64,000 nt of DNA from Heterodontus francisci. Taxonomy: Eukaryota. Numbering within the stretch: the first letter of the stretch is position 1; the number at the start of each line of letters is the position of its first letter. A model generated the notes under the pieces. That model saw only the letters and a program-made list of their open reading frames with translations. It was not told the DNA's origin and did no database searches. Shown here in pieces: positions 24,470 through 37,800 of this stretch. The position numbers and the translations under genes are program-made. The stretch spans positions 15,422,151 to 15,486,150 of the forward strand of contig NC_090413.1 in NCBI RefSeq assembly GCF_036365525.1, in the 5' to 3' direction.

Positions 24470-25160
24470 CAAATTGGATAAGGTAACTGAAAGGGTTGCT
24501 GAGGATAGTGTCGTTGATGTTGTATATATGGGTTTTCAAAAGGCATTTACTAAAGTACCATATAATAGACTTGCTAACAAAATTAAAGCTCATGGCATCA
24601 ATGGCATCAATGGGGCAGTGACCACATGGATACAAAATTGGCTAAGAGACAGAAAGCAGAGATTAGTGGTGAATGGTTGTTTGTCAAACTGGAAGGAAGT
24701 GTACAGTGGTTTCCCTGGGAATTGATATTTGGACTACTGTTCTTATTATGAGATCTTAATGATTTGGCCTTAGTCTGTAGGGCATAATTTCAAACTGAGC
24801 AGCTGATGCAAAGCTCGAACGTGTAGTAAATAATGAGGGGGATAGTAAATAATTTCAGGAGGACCTAGACAGACTGGTGAAACAGAATGGATAAGATTAA
24901 TATTGAGCACTGTTTCATGTTAAATTATGGCTGAGGGATATTGTGATACAGCGATAAACTGATGAAAGGTCAGGTTCATGACTGACGTCAGGAAAAACGT
25001 TTTAAACAAACGGAGTGATTAATTACTGAAATGGATAGGGGAGGTTCAACATTTTGGAGTCATTCAACAGGCATTTGGAAGCTGTGATGGGGTCAATCAA
25101 AAGTTTCAACGGAAGGGCGAGCTCGATGGGCTGAATGGCCTCCCCACATCTGTACATTTC
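24470..25160 (+). mobile_element. Degenerate CR1 fragments
   Basis: VDVVYMGFQKAFTKVPY...WIQNWL and a decayed 3' tail. Confidence 0.7.
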
Positions 25161-26849
25161 ACTGTGGTACTTCTGACCACGCCATTGGCTCAAAGTCACC
25201 TGCGGCCTGTTTGGAAAAACCCCAGTTTTCTGCTGAGTGTTGCTTACTGAACAATGCCCTCTGAGAGATACAGATGTTGGCAGTAAGATGAAAGACATTA
25301 AGCAGGGGAGATAGAGGAGCAGGGAAGGGGGAAGGGAAGGAGGGAACCTATCATTGAATATAAGTGTCAGCCACAACAGTGTCGGTATTTTGTCAAGGAT
25401 TAGTTTTTGTTCAGTCTCTTCATGAGCTTGTGGTATTGAACTGAATGTTGTTGGTTTTCAGACAATACATCCAGAGCACACACAACAGCTTAATACATTT
25501 TAAGTGCAATCTAAAATCATACAATATTGTAATTGTTATGTTATTCTTTAGCACATGAATACATTTGCTCAAGAGTCATAAGTGAAGCCAAGACAATTGG
25601 CAAAAGGACTAGAGGGCAGATGAGGAGAAATTGTTTCTACAGTGAGTGGTCTGGAATGTACTGCCTGAAAGCATGATGGAAGTCAGCTAAATAGCAACTT
25701 TCAAAAGGGAATTGGATATATATTTAAAAAGGCAAAAAATTGAAAGAGCGGGGGAGATTGGGACTAATTGGAAAGCTCTTTCAAACAGCACAGGCATGAT
25801 AGTTTGATTGATCTCTTTCTGTATTGTATGATTTGATGATGATTCTCTTCACACAGCCTATTTTGGATGACTCACTGAATCTGGCAAGCAGAATTTCATA
25901 AATAAACATAAAGCAATTCTAATAACAAGGCCCTTATTAAAACATCTGCTCCCACTTTCATTTCCAAGTCAAAGCCCACCAAACAAATTGGTTAATTTTA
26001 ATATCAGGAAGCTGTGGCTCACCAGAGGCTGATTCAAGACAAGAAAGCCAGTGAATTCTCCATATGCTATGTGCTGGAGGGATAGCCGCACCTATAACCA
26101 TCTCTGCACGTTACGTCCTCAGACCATCAGACATGAGGGCGTTGGTTAGGCTCACGCGTTGAATGATCGTGCATTGGCAAATGTGCCGAATCCATTTAAA
26201 CAGACCATCTGAAGAGGTTTCATTGAGGCAAGTCATCTCCTTGACAATTCACATTATTTTGGCAATGGCTACCTTAGGTCACGCCTGAGATGGTTGGAAT
26301 TGCAACCAGGTGAAAAAGGAATGCACACATGCTGCAGCAGGGTTCCATCATTGTAATCGTCCTCTGGGAATTTTGCAAATAGAGGTCAAAGGTGCCAAAT
26401 ACACCTGCAAACTCAGGGCCAGAAGGCTACAAGAGCAGGTCAAGCATTCTTATGGCCATTTTACAATCACTGCACAACGCCATGTCCTGCTTTTCTATCT
26501 CCCTCTGTTTTCTATCCTTTACTGCATTACCTTTAAATGTGACTCAGCTGGTGGCACACAAGTTGTGTGTTCAAGTCCCACTCCAGGGACTTGAGTACAT
26601 TTTTTCTTATTTGTTCATGGGATGTGGGTGTCACTGGCTAGGCCAGCATTTACTGCCCACCCCTAATTGCCTTTGAAATGAGTGGCTTGCCGTTCACAGA
26701 CCTTCCCACCCCGGACTTAATTTGGGTGGAGGAGGGAAGGTGGCGGGGCCCCACTCCCCCCTCCCCCAGCATCCCACCCGATTATATGCTTTCCCCCGCC
26801 TCCAAACCTGATGGGGGGGGCAGAGCATAAAATTCCTCCCGGTGTTAAC

Positions 26850-27385
26850 TGGAGTAGGTGTCCAGTTCTGGGCACTACACGTTAGGAAAGATGTCAAGGC
26901 CTTGCAGAGGGTGCAGAGGAGATTTATTAGAATGATCCCAGGGATTTCAGTTATGTGGAGAGACTGGCGAGGCTGAAGTTCTTCTCCTTAGAGCAGAGAC
27001 GGTTAAGGGGAGGTTTAATAGAGTTGTTCAAAATTATATCGGGTTTTGAGAGAGTAAATAAGAAAAAAACTGTTCCCATGGCAGAAGAGTTGGTAACCAA
27101 AGGACACAGATTTAAGATAATTGGCAAAAGAACCAGGTGGGAGATGAAGAGAACTTTTCTTCACAACATGTTTTAATGATCTGGAATGCGCTGCCTGAAA
27201 GGGCGGTGGAGGCAGGTTCAATTGTAACTTTCAAAAGGGAAATTGGATAAATACTTGAAAAGGAAACGTTTGCAGGGCAATGAGGAAAGAGCAGGAGAGT
27301 GGGAATAAATGGATAGCTCTTTCAAAGAGCCAGCACAGACACGATGGGCTGAACGACCTCCTGCTGTGCTGTATAATTCTACAAT
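26850..27385 (+). mobile_element. CR1 3' fragment
   Basis: RLARLKFFSLEQRRLRG...KGHRFK and CR1 tail. Confidence 0.85.
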
Positions 27386-27704
27386 TCCAATGCACATAAC
27401 TCCTGTTCCTGATTTGCATCATCCTCTCTCTTACTCTTTCCAGTTTTGGAGACAGACTGTAATATGGGCCTTGGCTGCAAACCAAAGGAAGTTCTCGCTC
27501 CATATCTGCTCTCCAGTTGGAATCCAAAGTGTTGACTCACCTCCCTTCCCGCCATGACCCCTTCCTCTAGGACTTCTGATGACATCATCTTAACACAGAG
27601 AGCACATTCAGGGACTGTTCATTATTAAAACAAATGTCATTCTGTTCCAAACAGGACTGTAGGACAGCAAGATGACAGGGACAAACTACAAACCCAAACA
27701 TAAT

Positions 27705-28699
27705 GGGGGGAATTTTATGTTCTCCAATTAAGCCTATGGCGGGAAGGCCCGTGGATGGCCTCATTAATTGGCAATTAATGACCAATTAAGGACCTCATTT
27801 GTCACTATTGGTATTAGCCCAATGGTAGGCGGGCCTATTGCCACGCGGGGAGCACGCCAAGTAAACCTGTACGGGTTGCTTGCCGGCTTCGGGCGGGGTG
27901 ACGTGTGGGAAGAGGCCCTCATTCAAAGGCATTTAATGCCTGGTCGAGGGACCGGGCATCAGGAAGCGGGGCCTCGCTGAGAGCCACCTCCTTGCCCTCG
28001 CTGCTGACCCCCTCCTTCAACCCCACCACACTCCCTCCCCCCCCCCTGCGAAACCCTTCCCGCCATGAGTCACCTGTGGCCTGGGTCACTCGACGAGCCT
28101 GGACCCTGGGTGGGATGCATTACTGACAGCAGCCACTGCCTCCGCGGTGGCGCGACTCAGTAAAAGTGCTGCCAGCCTCTGGTTGGCCGGCAGCTCTCAG
28201 CGCGGGGGACTTCCATTGCCAGGGTCCTGATCCCAGGGATGGCCTGCTGCTGTCCACTTAAGTGTCTAATTGTCATGTAATGTAGCAGGCCTTCCCCAGA
28301 GGAGGCAAAGGGTGGCACAGTGGTGCAGTGGTTAGCACCGCAGCCTCACAGCTCCAGGGACCCAGGTTCAATTCTGGGTACTGCCTGTGCGGAGTTTGCA
28401 AGTTCTCCCTGTGACCGCGTGGGTTTTCACCGGGTGCTCCGGTTTCCTCCCACAGCCAAAGACTTGCAGGTGATAGGTAAATTGGCCGTTGTAAATTGCC
28501 CCTAGTGTAGGTAGGTGGTAGGGAATATGGGATTACTGTAGGGTTAGTATAAATGGGAGGCTGTCGGTCGGCACAGACTCGGTGGGCCAAAGGGCCTGTT
28601 TCAGTGCTGTATCTCTGAAAAAAAAGAAAAAAAAACGCCGGCCTGTCGCCAGTTATTCAGCCAATGGCCGAGACCCTTCATCTACATAAAATCCCCCCC
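27705..28699. mobile_element. Harbinger-type MITE with nested HE1 SINE
   Basis: TIRs GGGGGGAATTTTATGT / ACATAAAATCCCCCCC with 3-bp TSD AAT. Confidence 0.85.
28311..28620 (+). mobile_element. HE1-type SINE
   Basis: Full head, V-domain and tail, followed by poly-A. Confidence 0.92.
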
Positions 28700-29649
28700 A
28701 ATATGTTGAACCCTCACACAAGGAAGAGGCCCTCAACAGCTCTTGTACATTACCTCAGGCAGATGCCAGAGTTTTATGAGACACTAATGACAGAACCATC
28801 ATCTATCTAGAATGATGCAGTTCTTGACTCAGAGTAAGACAAGATGAGGCAGAATAACTTATTATCCTCACTTCCTCTCCTGAAGGTGCCAACCCCTGCT
28901 GGGGTACAGTTCCACAGACTTTGGCAGCATTTCTGGGAATTCTGTGTTTGAGTTTAGAGATCAGAAGGTAGTTTTTCAAATTACCGGGTGAGGGTACAAG
29001 TGGTGCTGAGGAGTGAGCAATCCATTATGGAAACTATTGGATTTTCACTGAAAAGCACATGAAAATCGGTTGGTTTTTCACAACAGCTCATATTGAAAAT
29101 TCATGCCTGGTCGGTAAGTTCAAAATCTAACCTCTGCCTCCAGCAAGCATCAATGTGCTATTCAACTATAAACGGCATCACAGTTAAACCCTGCCCTCAC
29201 CCGGTAGCCACTCTCCAGCATGAGTCTCTGGATCATGATCAGGAATTGGAATCGGGGATGATTTTTCTTTTCTGATCCCTGGCTTCGGTCGCATCCCTAT
29301 CCCTGACCCAGTTAGAATCAGCTTGCTCACCACAAGCTGCTGATCGGATCTGGGACTCTCTTGGCCTCAGTACCAGAGCAGCTGGTGCATTTACCCAGTG
29401 ACAGGCGGGTTTGTGTAATGTGCACAGAAAATTATTTGTTAATGTTTAGCAAACAGGAAAAGATAAGGATTCCCCAGAGTTCGGCTTAATATTTGGAATC
29501 ATAGGGCTGCTAAGAGGCTGATTACAGAGGCAGTGCTCTCTGTTATAAACATAGCATCTTGACAAACAAGAAGATGCTCACACATGCTGGGAGCCTGCTT
29601 GGCAGAGCAAGCTTTTCATTTAGCTTGATCATTTTTTATGAGAGACAAA

Positions 29650-30270
29650 TAGATAAACTTTACATAACATCGTTCACATCCTCAGGGTATCCCAAAAGAG
29701 TTGATTGCTAGTGAACTTTGTTTGAAAGCACAGTCATTATTGCCTTGTAGGCAAAAAGTCAATTGCTGTACTGCAAAGTCCTAGAGGCAGCAGTGAGATA
29801 AGTGACCAGTTAATCTCTTTTTGGTGGCGTTGGTTGGGGGATGAATGTTGATTCGGACACTGGAAGAGCTCCCTGCTATACTTTTGAAAAACGGGCATGT
29901 TATCTTCCACCCTACTCTGGATACAGCAGATGGTGTGAGCAGCACATTTGAACTGGATGCAATAAGTACACCCAGCTGACCAGGCACAACTGTGCCATCC
30001 AATTCAAATTCATTATCAAAAGCCCCACTGCAAATCGCACGTGCCCTTCCCATCACGGACAGGACCTCATATGGACCTGAACACCTGCCTTTCTACATTA
30101 GATTGGCTTTCTTTCTCATGCAGCTTCAACTTAACAGATAATCCGATCATTGTCACATTGCTATTTGTGGGATCTTGCTGTGCACAAATTGGCTAAATTT
30201 CAACAGTCACTACACTTCAAAAGCACTTCATTGGTTGTAAAGCGTGTCGCGATGTCCCAAGGTTGTGAAA
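29650..30270. mobile_element. Two degenerate Deu-domain SINE fragments in opposite orientation
   Basis: Minus copy ~29650-29940; plus copy ~30140-30270 (CACATTGCTATTTGTGGGATCTTGCTGTGCACAAATTGGC). Confidence 0.65.
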
Positions 30271-30615
30271 GGGTTCGACAGAAATTCAGGTTCTTTGAGG
30301 AATTGTAAAGCAATCAGCTTATTGACTCCTATGATCATAACTGTGGCTGGAGCACCTGAAGATAGATCTTGCCAACCTGAAGGTTGACATTGGCCAGCAC
30401 TGAGTGCCTTACCTTTCTCTGTCTGAATTGACAATGCCTATTCTAGCCTCGATGTTTCTTGGCTGCACTATTTTGGTCAGTTTTGCAGGGAGATAAACTT
30501 TCCTACTCATCCCTACCCTAAACACTGTCCTGCCTTGGTTGAGAGTTGGTGATCCTCAAAGAAAAATTGGCTATTTTCATCAAACCTGGGTAGAAAATAT
30601 CTGGAATATTCTGGA

Positions 30616-30835
30616 TGGCAATTGGTTACCCTACTTTTCTCTGTCCTGCATGGCAATTGGTTACTCTAAGTTAGGTTACCCTACATGGATTTTTCCTGCA
30701 TGGCAATTGGCTGCCCTACTTGCTCTGTGCTGTATGGCAACTGGTTACCTTATCTTGCTCTGTTCTGTGTGGCAATTGGTTACCCTACCTTGCTCTGTCC
30801 TGTATGGCAATTGGCTGCCCTATCCCACTGTGCTG
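30616..30835. repeat. ~35-bp minisatellite, about 6 units
   Basis: Repeating TGGCAATTGGTTACCCTAC...TTGCTCTGTCCTGTA. Confidence 0.9.
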
Positions 30836-31514
30836 TATTAGATACTGTGGACATTAAAATGATAACCAAGTCTAACTCATTGCAAACTTTGTACTCCCAT
30901 CAGCATCACTTTTCCTGTCAAAACAGCTACAAAGAAATCATTAGTTTTGACATGGTTTTTCAGATGTATTTTTAAATTATTTACAGACTGTAAGCTAGGA
31001 AGGGTTACTGAGTCTGATAGAACGAGGATTAAGACATGAAGACAACTACAGCATCCCTACTGATATTTGTTTAGCTTCTTCCTATTGCCTTGGTTCAGTA
31101 AGTGGTGAAAGGCTTTAAATAAGGCTAGGAATGAATTGAAGGATAAGCTGAAATGCTTTAGTAGCAATGCACATAGCTTTAGGAACAAGCAATTGATGTC
31201 CGTGATACCAGTGAAACTACATTTCAGTGGCATTGCAGAAGTAATAGGGTGCGTGATATATCATGAGCAGAGCTTTGTCAGGCTGGGAAACCTCACGGTC
31301 AGAGATATAACGGGTAAATTTGACCTTGCTTCAGAGTGTAAAATGAGCTATATCAACTCAGCTCTACATGTCTCCCATTGCCTTTAATTGAAATGAAAAT
31401 CAGAAGAGATGTATATTGGGCAGCAACTCGATACTGCCTGTGTTACATTATCTGCCATAGCCAAAATTACCCCCACAGTGACCATCAAAATGGGAAATGG
31501 ATCTTTTATTGGTC

Positions 31515-32215
31515 TTGGCAGTGGCCTTTCACATCTGCGGACCATGGTTGAAATCCAAACTTGATTAATGGGTCTTGTCTGTCTGCTGGTTCTGAGGGTC
31601 CAATGGGAAATTAGTTTCTTTAAAATTCATTCATGGAATGCGGGAGTCGCTGGTAAGACCAGCATTTATTATCCCATCCCTAATTGCCCTGGAGAAGGTG
31701 GTGCTGAGCCGCCTTCTTGAACTGCTGCAGTCCATGTGGGGTGGATCTACCCACAGTGCTGTTAGGGAAGGAGTTCCAGGACTTTGACCCAGCGGACGAT
31801 GATGGAAAGGCGGCGGGCGATATTACTTCCAAGCCAGGATGGGTGCGTGACTTGGAGGGGAACTTGCAGGTGGTGGTGTTCCCTTGTATCTGCTGCCCTT
31901 GTTCCAGGTGGTAGAGGTCACGGGTGTGGAAGGAGCTAGTTGCTTGGCTAGTTGCTGTAATGCATCTTGTAGATCATCACACTGCTGCCGGTGGTGGTGA
32001 GAGTGAATGTTTACCATGATGCATGGTTAGGCGGTTTTAACCCAGTTCTTAGTGGGCACGGGGCACTAAGAGGTTGGTGAACAGACAGCTGTCCCACCGG
32101 CACTGTAGGAAGTGCTCTTCTGAGATTAAAACTGGTTCACCTTGTTGGAGCAGAGTAGAATGAGCATAACTCTGCATCAAAGCATACTATGCAGACACTC
32201 AACACATGAAATGGA
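31515..32215 (+). mobile_element. Ancient LF-SINE-like element split by a LINE fragment
   Basis: GCCTTTCACATCT..GGTTGAAATCC head, then CCCAGTTCTTAGTGGGCACG after the insertion. Resembles the recalled LF-SINE consensus. Confidence 0.45.
31622..32015 (-). mobile_element. 3' fragment of the 3013-7472 LINE family
   Basis: Reverse complement of the LINE tail (CCCATCCCTAATTGCCC, GGAGTTCCAGGACTTTGACCCAGCG). Confidence 0.85.
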
Positions 32216-32419
32216 AAATGCTCCTTTCCTTAGAACCAAAGTGCTTGATGAGAACATGACGAGTAAAAATATTCAGAATGGAAATGCCAGTCAGGCTGGT
32301 AGAGACAAATTGTCTCTACAAAGTAATAGGTGGTTAATTAAAATAGCTGCACCAGATCGACAGGTAAACTAAAAAGTTGTTCAGGAAATGAGGCAGCAAG
32401 GAATTGTAACTCCAAAAAA

Positions 32420-33230
32420 CTGATATTTATGTTGTGCGTTTAATACAATAAAACGTCCCAAAGTGCTTCACAGGAGTGCTATACAGCAAAATTTGACACC
32501 GAACCATATATTAGGGTAGATGATCAAAGCTTGGTAAAAGAGGTAAATTTTAGGGAGCGTCTTAACGGAGGAGAGAGAGGAAGCAAGGTGGAGAGGTTTG
32601 GAGAGGGAATTCCAGAGCTTCGGGTGAAGAAATTAAATTTGGGGATCTTAAGAGGCCAGAATTAGAGGATCGCAGATATCTTAGAGGGTTGTGGGATTGG
32701 AGGAGATTACAGAGATAGGGAGGGGCAAAGCCATGGAGGGATTTGAAACAAGGATGAGAATTTTAAAATTGCGATGTTGCTTAACCGGGAGCCAATGTAA
32801 GTCAACGAGCACAGGGGTGATGGATGAACAGGATTTGGTGGAGTAAGCACAAGTACAGCAGAGTTTTGGATGACCTTTAAATTTACAGAGGGTAGAATGT
32901 GGGAGACCAAACAGTAGTGCATTGGAATAGTTAAGTCTAGAGCTAACAAAGGCATGAATGAGGGTTTCAGCAGCAGATGAACTGAGGCAGGGACAATGTT
33001 GGGCATTACGGAGGTGGAAATAGATGGTCTTAGTGATGGCGCGGATATGCAGTCGGAAACTCATGTCAGGGTCAGATATAGCACCAAGTTTGCGAACAGT
33101 CTCAGCCTCAGACTGAGGGAGAGGAATGGAGTTGGTGGCTAGGAAATGAAGTTTGTAATGGGGACCCAAAACAAAGTCTTCCCAATGCTTAATTGCAGGA
33201 AATTTTCTGCTCATCCAGTGCTGGTTGTTA
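32420..33230 (-). mobile_element. L2-clade LINE 3' fragment
   Basis: AETLIHAFVSSRLNYSNALL, ITPVLVDLHWLPVKQ. Confidence 0.88.
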
Positions 33231-34044
33231 TTAATGTACATGTTTAAAGTGGCGCTGTGTTTTATGGAGCAAAGTAACAATGGAGAATTTCAATACCTTG
33301 AGGGCAAAGTGGAAAGATTACGGAACTGCAAAAGAGGTCTAACAGCCTAAACTATCTGATAGTTTATGGAGTAGAAACTCCTGTGGCCAATAGCACTAAA
33401 GGGATGGTACTGAATCAGCTGCCTGCTATACTCCCAGTCTGAGACCCATTTCTTCAGAAGTGAATGGAACTGAACAATGGGTGGCCAATTCCATTCTGCA
33501 CGTTTTGTGTTGCTGCCTAAGGGATGTCTGTGGGGAAACAGGAATACACTCATTGTCAAATCAGCTGAGGTACATTGTGCACTATTCATTTGATCATCCT
33601 CTTCTGCCAGGTGCTCCAAGCTCATACTCCCCCTGTGAAATTATCGGTATCAATCACATAGCTGATTATATTGATCATAACATAGAGAACTGGTAGCTAT
33701 AGACAGAGCTAAAACTACTTCTCAACACCAGAAATGACCACTGGCCTGACACTGGGTGAACACAAGGGTTCTAGTGATTATTGGTTATTGTAGGAGTTAG
33801 CAACTGCCAGGTTTATAAGTTGTCAAATTTAAACCAAAATGGCTGCAAAAAGTTGCTGCATTGCTGTTAAAAATCCATCCCATTCACTAATCTCCTTTAG
33901 TGAAGAGGGAGTTAGACTAGTTCTTAACTTGGGCTGTGTTCACATCGTGTAGAAGGTAAGTGGTTTTACAGATAATATTTAAGCCATGTGATCTCTTAGA
34001 CTGGATTCAGTTATCTGAGGGGGTCGGAGAGGAATTTAGAGCCA

Positions 34045-37000
34045 TAGAGTCATTACAGCATTGAAGGAAGCCATTTGGCCCATCAAGTCCATGCTAGTAC
34101 TCTGTAGAGCAATCCAATCGGTCCCATTTCCCTCCTCTTTCCCCATAGCCCTGCAAGTTTATTTCCTCAAGTGCCCATCCAATTTCCTTTTGAAATCATT
34201 CAACTTCTCCGCTTCCACCACCCTCATACATAGGCTGCAAGTTCCAGGTCATTACTACTCACTGCGTTAAAATAAGATCTTTCTCACATTCCCCCCTACA
34301 TCTCTTACCCAAAACCTTAACTGTGTCCCCTAGTCCTTGTGCCATCAGCCAATGGGAACAGATTTTCTTTGTCTACCTTATCAAAACCTGTCATAATCTT
34401 GTACACCTCGATCAACTCTCCCCTCAATCTTCTTTGCTCCAAGAAGAGCAACCCCAGCTTCTCCAAACTAACCTTGTAGCTAAAATCCATCATCCCTGGA
34501 ACCATTCTGGTAAATCTCCTCTGCACCCTCTCAAGGATCCTCACATCCTTCCTAAAGTGTGGTGACCAGAACTGGATGCAACATTCAAGTTGTGGCCTAA
34601 CCAGAGCTTTATAAAGGTTCAGCATAACTTCCTTGCTTTTGTACTCAATACCACTATATTTGAAACCCAAGATCCCAGATGCTTTGCTAACAACTCTCTA
34701 AATGATGTCCTGCCATCTTCAAAGATGTATGTACATGCACCCCCAAATCTCTTTGACCCTGTTGTTATGGACAGGTGGTAAGGGGTGTTGTAGATGGTTC
34801 TCACTGTTCACCTCGCAACTGACCACAATTGTGTTTTGTTAAAATAATGCTTGCGCCTGTGAGTGTCTTTAGGATCAAATAAACAGACAAATGACAGGTT
34901 TTCTTGTCGGTAAAAAAAAACTATTTTTAAACAAATCCCAAAATGATCGCAACCTCACTCACATACACATACATAGACAAGAATAGATAGATAGAGAGAA
35001 AAGGATGAGGTAGTTTAAAGTCCCAAGTGAGGTAAGTGTTCATGATTTACAGAAAATTATTGAATCTTCTCGGAAGGATAGGTCTTTTAAAAAAAAAGTT
35101 GCAGGCCTAATTATTCACAGTTTTGAACTTGCAGAGGTATTTTAGTGCTCTGGTGTAATACTACAGCCCAAAGCTGATGGTGTGTAGTTTATTACCTGCA
35201 CAGATGGTTAGACTTAAAGTCACTTTATGATACCTCTGCTATGATGGCTGTTCTTGGTCAGCAGGATTCTTCTATTTCCACAGATGCTGCCAGACCCGCT
35301 GAGTATTTCCAGCACTTTCTGCTTTTATTACAGATTTCCAGCATCCGCAATATTTTGCTTTTATTTTAGGGTTCTTCTCTTGCCTGCTGGATCCTTCTCA
35401 CAGGCTTTCTGTGATGTTGGCTTGATCTCCCCTCTCTCTCTCTAGAGAGCTACCTTTTAAGGTAAAAAATCTTTCACATTAGCTTCTGTCTGGAGCCGCA
35501 CAGCCCTCTCCCCTGTTGTGACTATACAATGGGCCAAGATATGATAACAATGGCCATCGTTTGACGTTTGAACGGGAATCATTCTGTTGTGATGTTTCTG
35601 CTTCACATATTCATCTTGGTTTGGCTATGGGTTAGACTGCCTCCAGTATCCTCTGTTAATCCATTCAGATCAATCAAAGCCATTAATATGTAATCGCTTC
35701 TTTCAATTCCTAGTTACTAGGAATGCCCTTACAACTTTCTTAAAGAAGGATGTCACATTTGCCACTCTCCAATCGTCTGGCACCTCCCCCGTATCTATGG
35801 AAGATTATGGCAAGCCATTCCGGTATCTCCACTCCCACTTCCTTTAGCAACCTGAGATGCAAGCCATCCAGACCAGGTGACTTATCCACTCTAAGCATAG
35901 CCAGCCTTTCCAGTACATCCTTCTTATCAATGTTCACCCCATCCATTACCCCTACCATCTCTGCTTCTACTGATAATTAATCAGCATCCTCTTCCTTAGT
36001 GAAGACTAATACAAAATACTCATTAAATATTCTAGCCTTGTGCTACACCTTGAAGCATTATTACCTTCTTTGTCCCTAATAGGCCCCAGCATCTCCTACT
36101 ACCCATTTACTATTTACATGCCAGTAGAAGATTTTTGGGTCCCATTTATGTTGACTGCCATTCTATTCTCACATTCTCTCTTTGCCTGTCTTATTTTCCT
36201 CTTCACCTCCCCTGTAAATTTATTGTATTTGGCCTGATTCTCGCTTGAAGAATTCACCTAACATGCAACATACACCCTCTTTTTTTGTTTCATCATACTT
36301 TGTATCTCCTTTGTCATCCAAGGGGTCCTGGCTTTGGTTCACTTACCTTTCGCCCTTGTTGGAATGTACCTAGCCTTTACCTGAAACATCTCCTCCTTAA
36401 AGATCATCACTTGTTCCATTACCGTTTTTTCTGTCAGCCCTTGGTTCCATTTTACCCTGGCTGGATTCCCTCTCATCCCATTGACGTTAGCCCTCTTCCA
36501 ATGTTGAAGTTCTATTTTAGATTGTTCCTTGTTCTTCTCCATTACTAATCTAAATCTTGTGATACAGTGATCACTCTTACCTAATTGTTCCCCCACACAC
36601 ACTTGGTGCACCTAATTTCCCAGCACCAGATCCAGCAATGCTTCCTTCCTAGTTGGACCAAGAACATACTGGCCAAGGAAGTTCTCCTGAACACATTTCA
36701 GAAATTTCTCCCCCTCCTTACCCTTTACGCTAACACTATCCCAATCATTATTTGGGTAATTAAAGTCCCCCAATATCACCACTCTATAGTTCTTGCACAT
36801 CTTTGGGATTTCCCTGCAGATTTGCTCCTCTATCTCTCTCACTATTGGAGGCCTATAGAATACCCCCAGTAGTGTGATCATTACCCTTTTTGCATCTCAA
36901 CTCTAACTAAATGGATCTGTCCTTGCCCCTCAATGACATCTGCTCTTTCCAACACTATGATACTGCCACCCACCTCCCTTATTTTTCCTTCCTTATCTTT

Positions 37001-37800
37001 CTGAACACTTTGTATCCTTAAATATTAAGCACCCAGTTGCCACATTTCTGTTATTGCCACTACATCATATTCCCACACGGCTATTTGAGCTTGTAGCTTA
37101 CCAACCTTATTCACCATACTTTGTTCGTTTACACACATGCATTGTAAACATATCCTTGCATTCCTTGTAGTCCTTCTCAGTCTGTTCCTATCTAATATGG
37201 TATTACTTCCTTCTCTAGTACTATCCAACACTCTCACTCCTTTATGCACCTTATTCCTCTTTTCTACTTCTATACACCCATCCGCATACCAATTTAGTTT
37301 AAACCCTCCCCAACCACACTAATGAACTGCCCCATGAAGTCTTTGATCCCAGTCCTGTTCAGGTGCAACCCATCCCTTTTGAATAGGTGCCTCCCACCCC
37401 AGAACTGGTCGCAATGCCCCAAGAATCTGAAGCCCTCCCTCCTGCTCTGTGCCTCAAGCCATACATTGATCCTTCCTATCTTCCTATTTCTACACTTGCT
37501 AGCACATGGCACTGGGGATAATCCTTCGAGGTCCTACTTTTAAACTTCCTCCCTAGCTCCTGAAAGTCTGACTGTAGGACCTCGATGCCTGCCTCCCTAT
37601 GTCAGTGATAGCGATGTATACCACAACTTCTGGCTCATTCCCTTCCCCCTGCAGAATATTCTGCACCCTCTCCATGATGTCCTTTACCCTGGCACCAGGG
37701 AGGCAACACACCATGTGCAGCTCACGATGATGGTTACAGAAATGCCTGTCTATCCCCATAAATATGGAATCTCTGATAACGACTGCATTTCTGGAATTTT
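34045..37800 (-). mobile_element. Decayed CR1 LINE with ORF1 esterase, APE and partial RT
   Basis: ORF1 SGNH-like VVIRDS, CCLPGARVKD, DGLHLN. APE GVFYRPP, GDFNYP, LDLVL, SDH. KSPGLDG and 3' RT/tail. Central RT is missing at the LTR insertion. Confidence 0.9.
34763..35733. mobile_element. Probable solo LTR inserted in CR1, containing a short Penelope tail fragment (~35275-35365)
   Basis: Non-CR1 block bounded by TGTTATGG...CCCTTACA (TG...CA). No TSD recoverable. Confidence 0.55.

Noticed and set aside
24959-25005. CTGATGA...GAAAAACGTTTT
   Set aside because: Lies in decayed CR1 sequence; no consistent three-stem fold.
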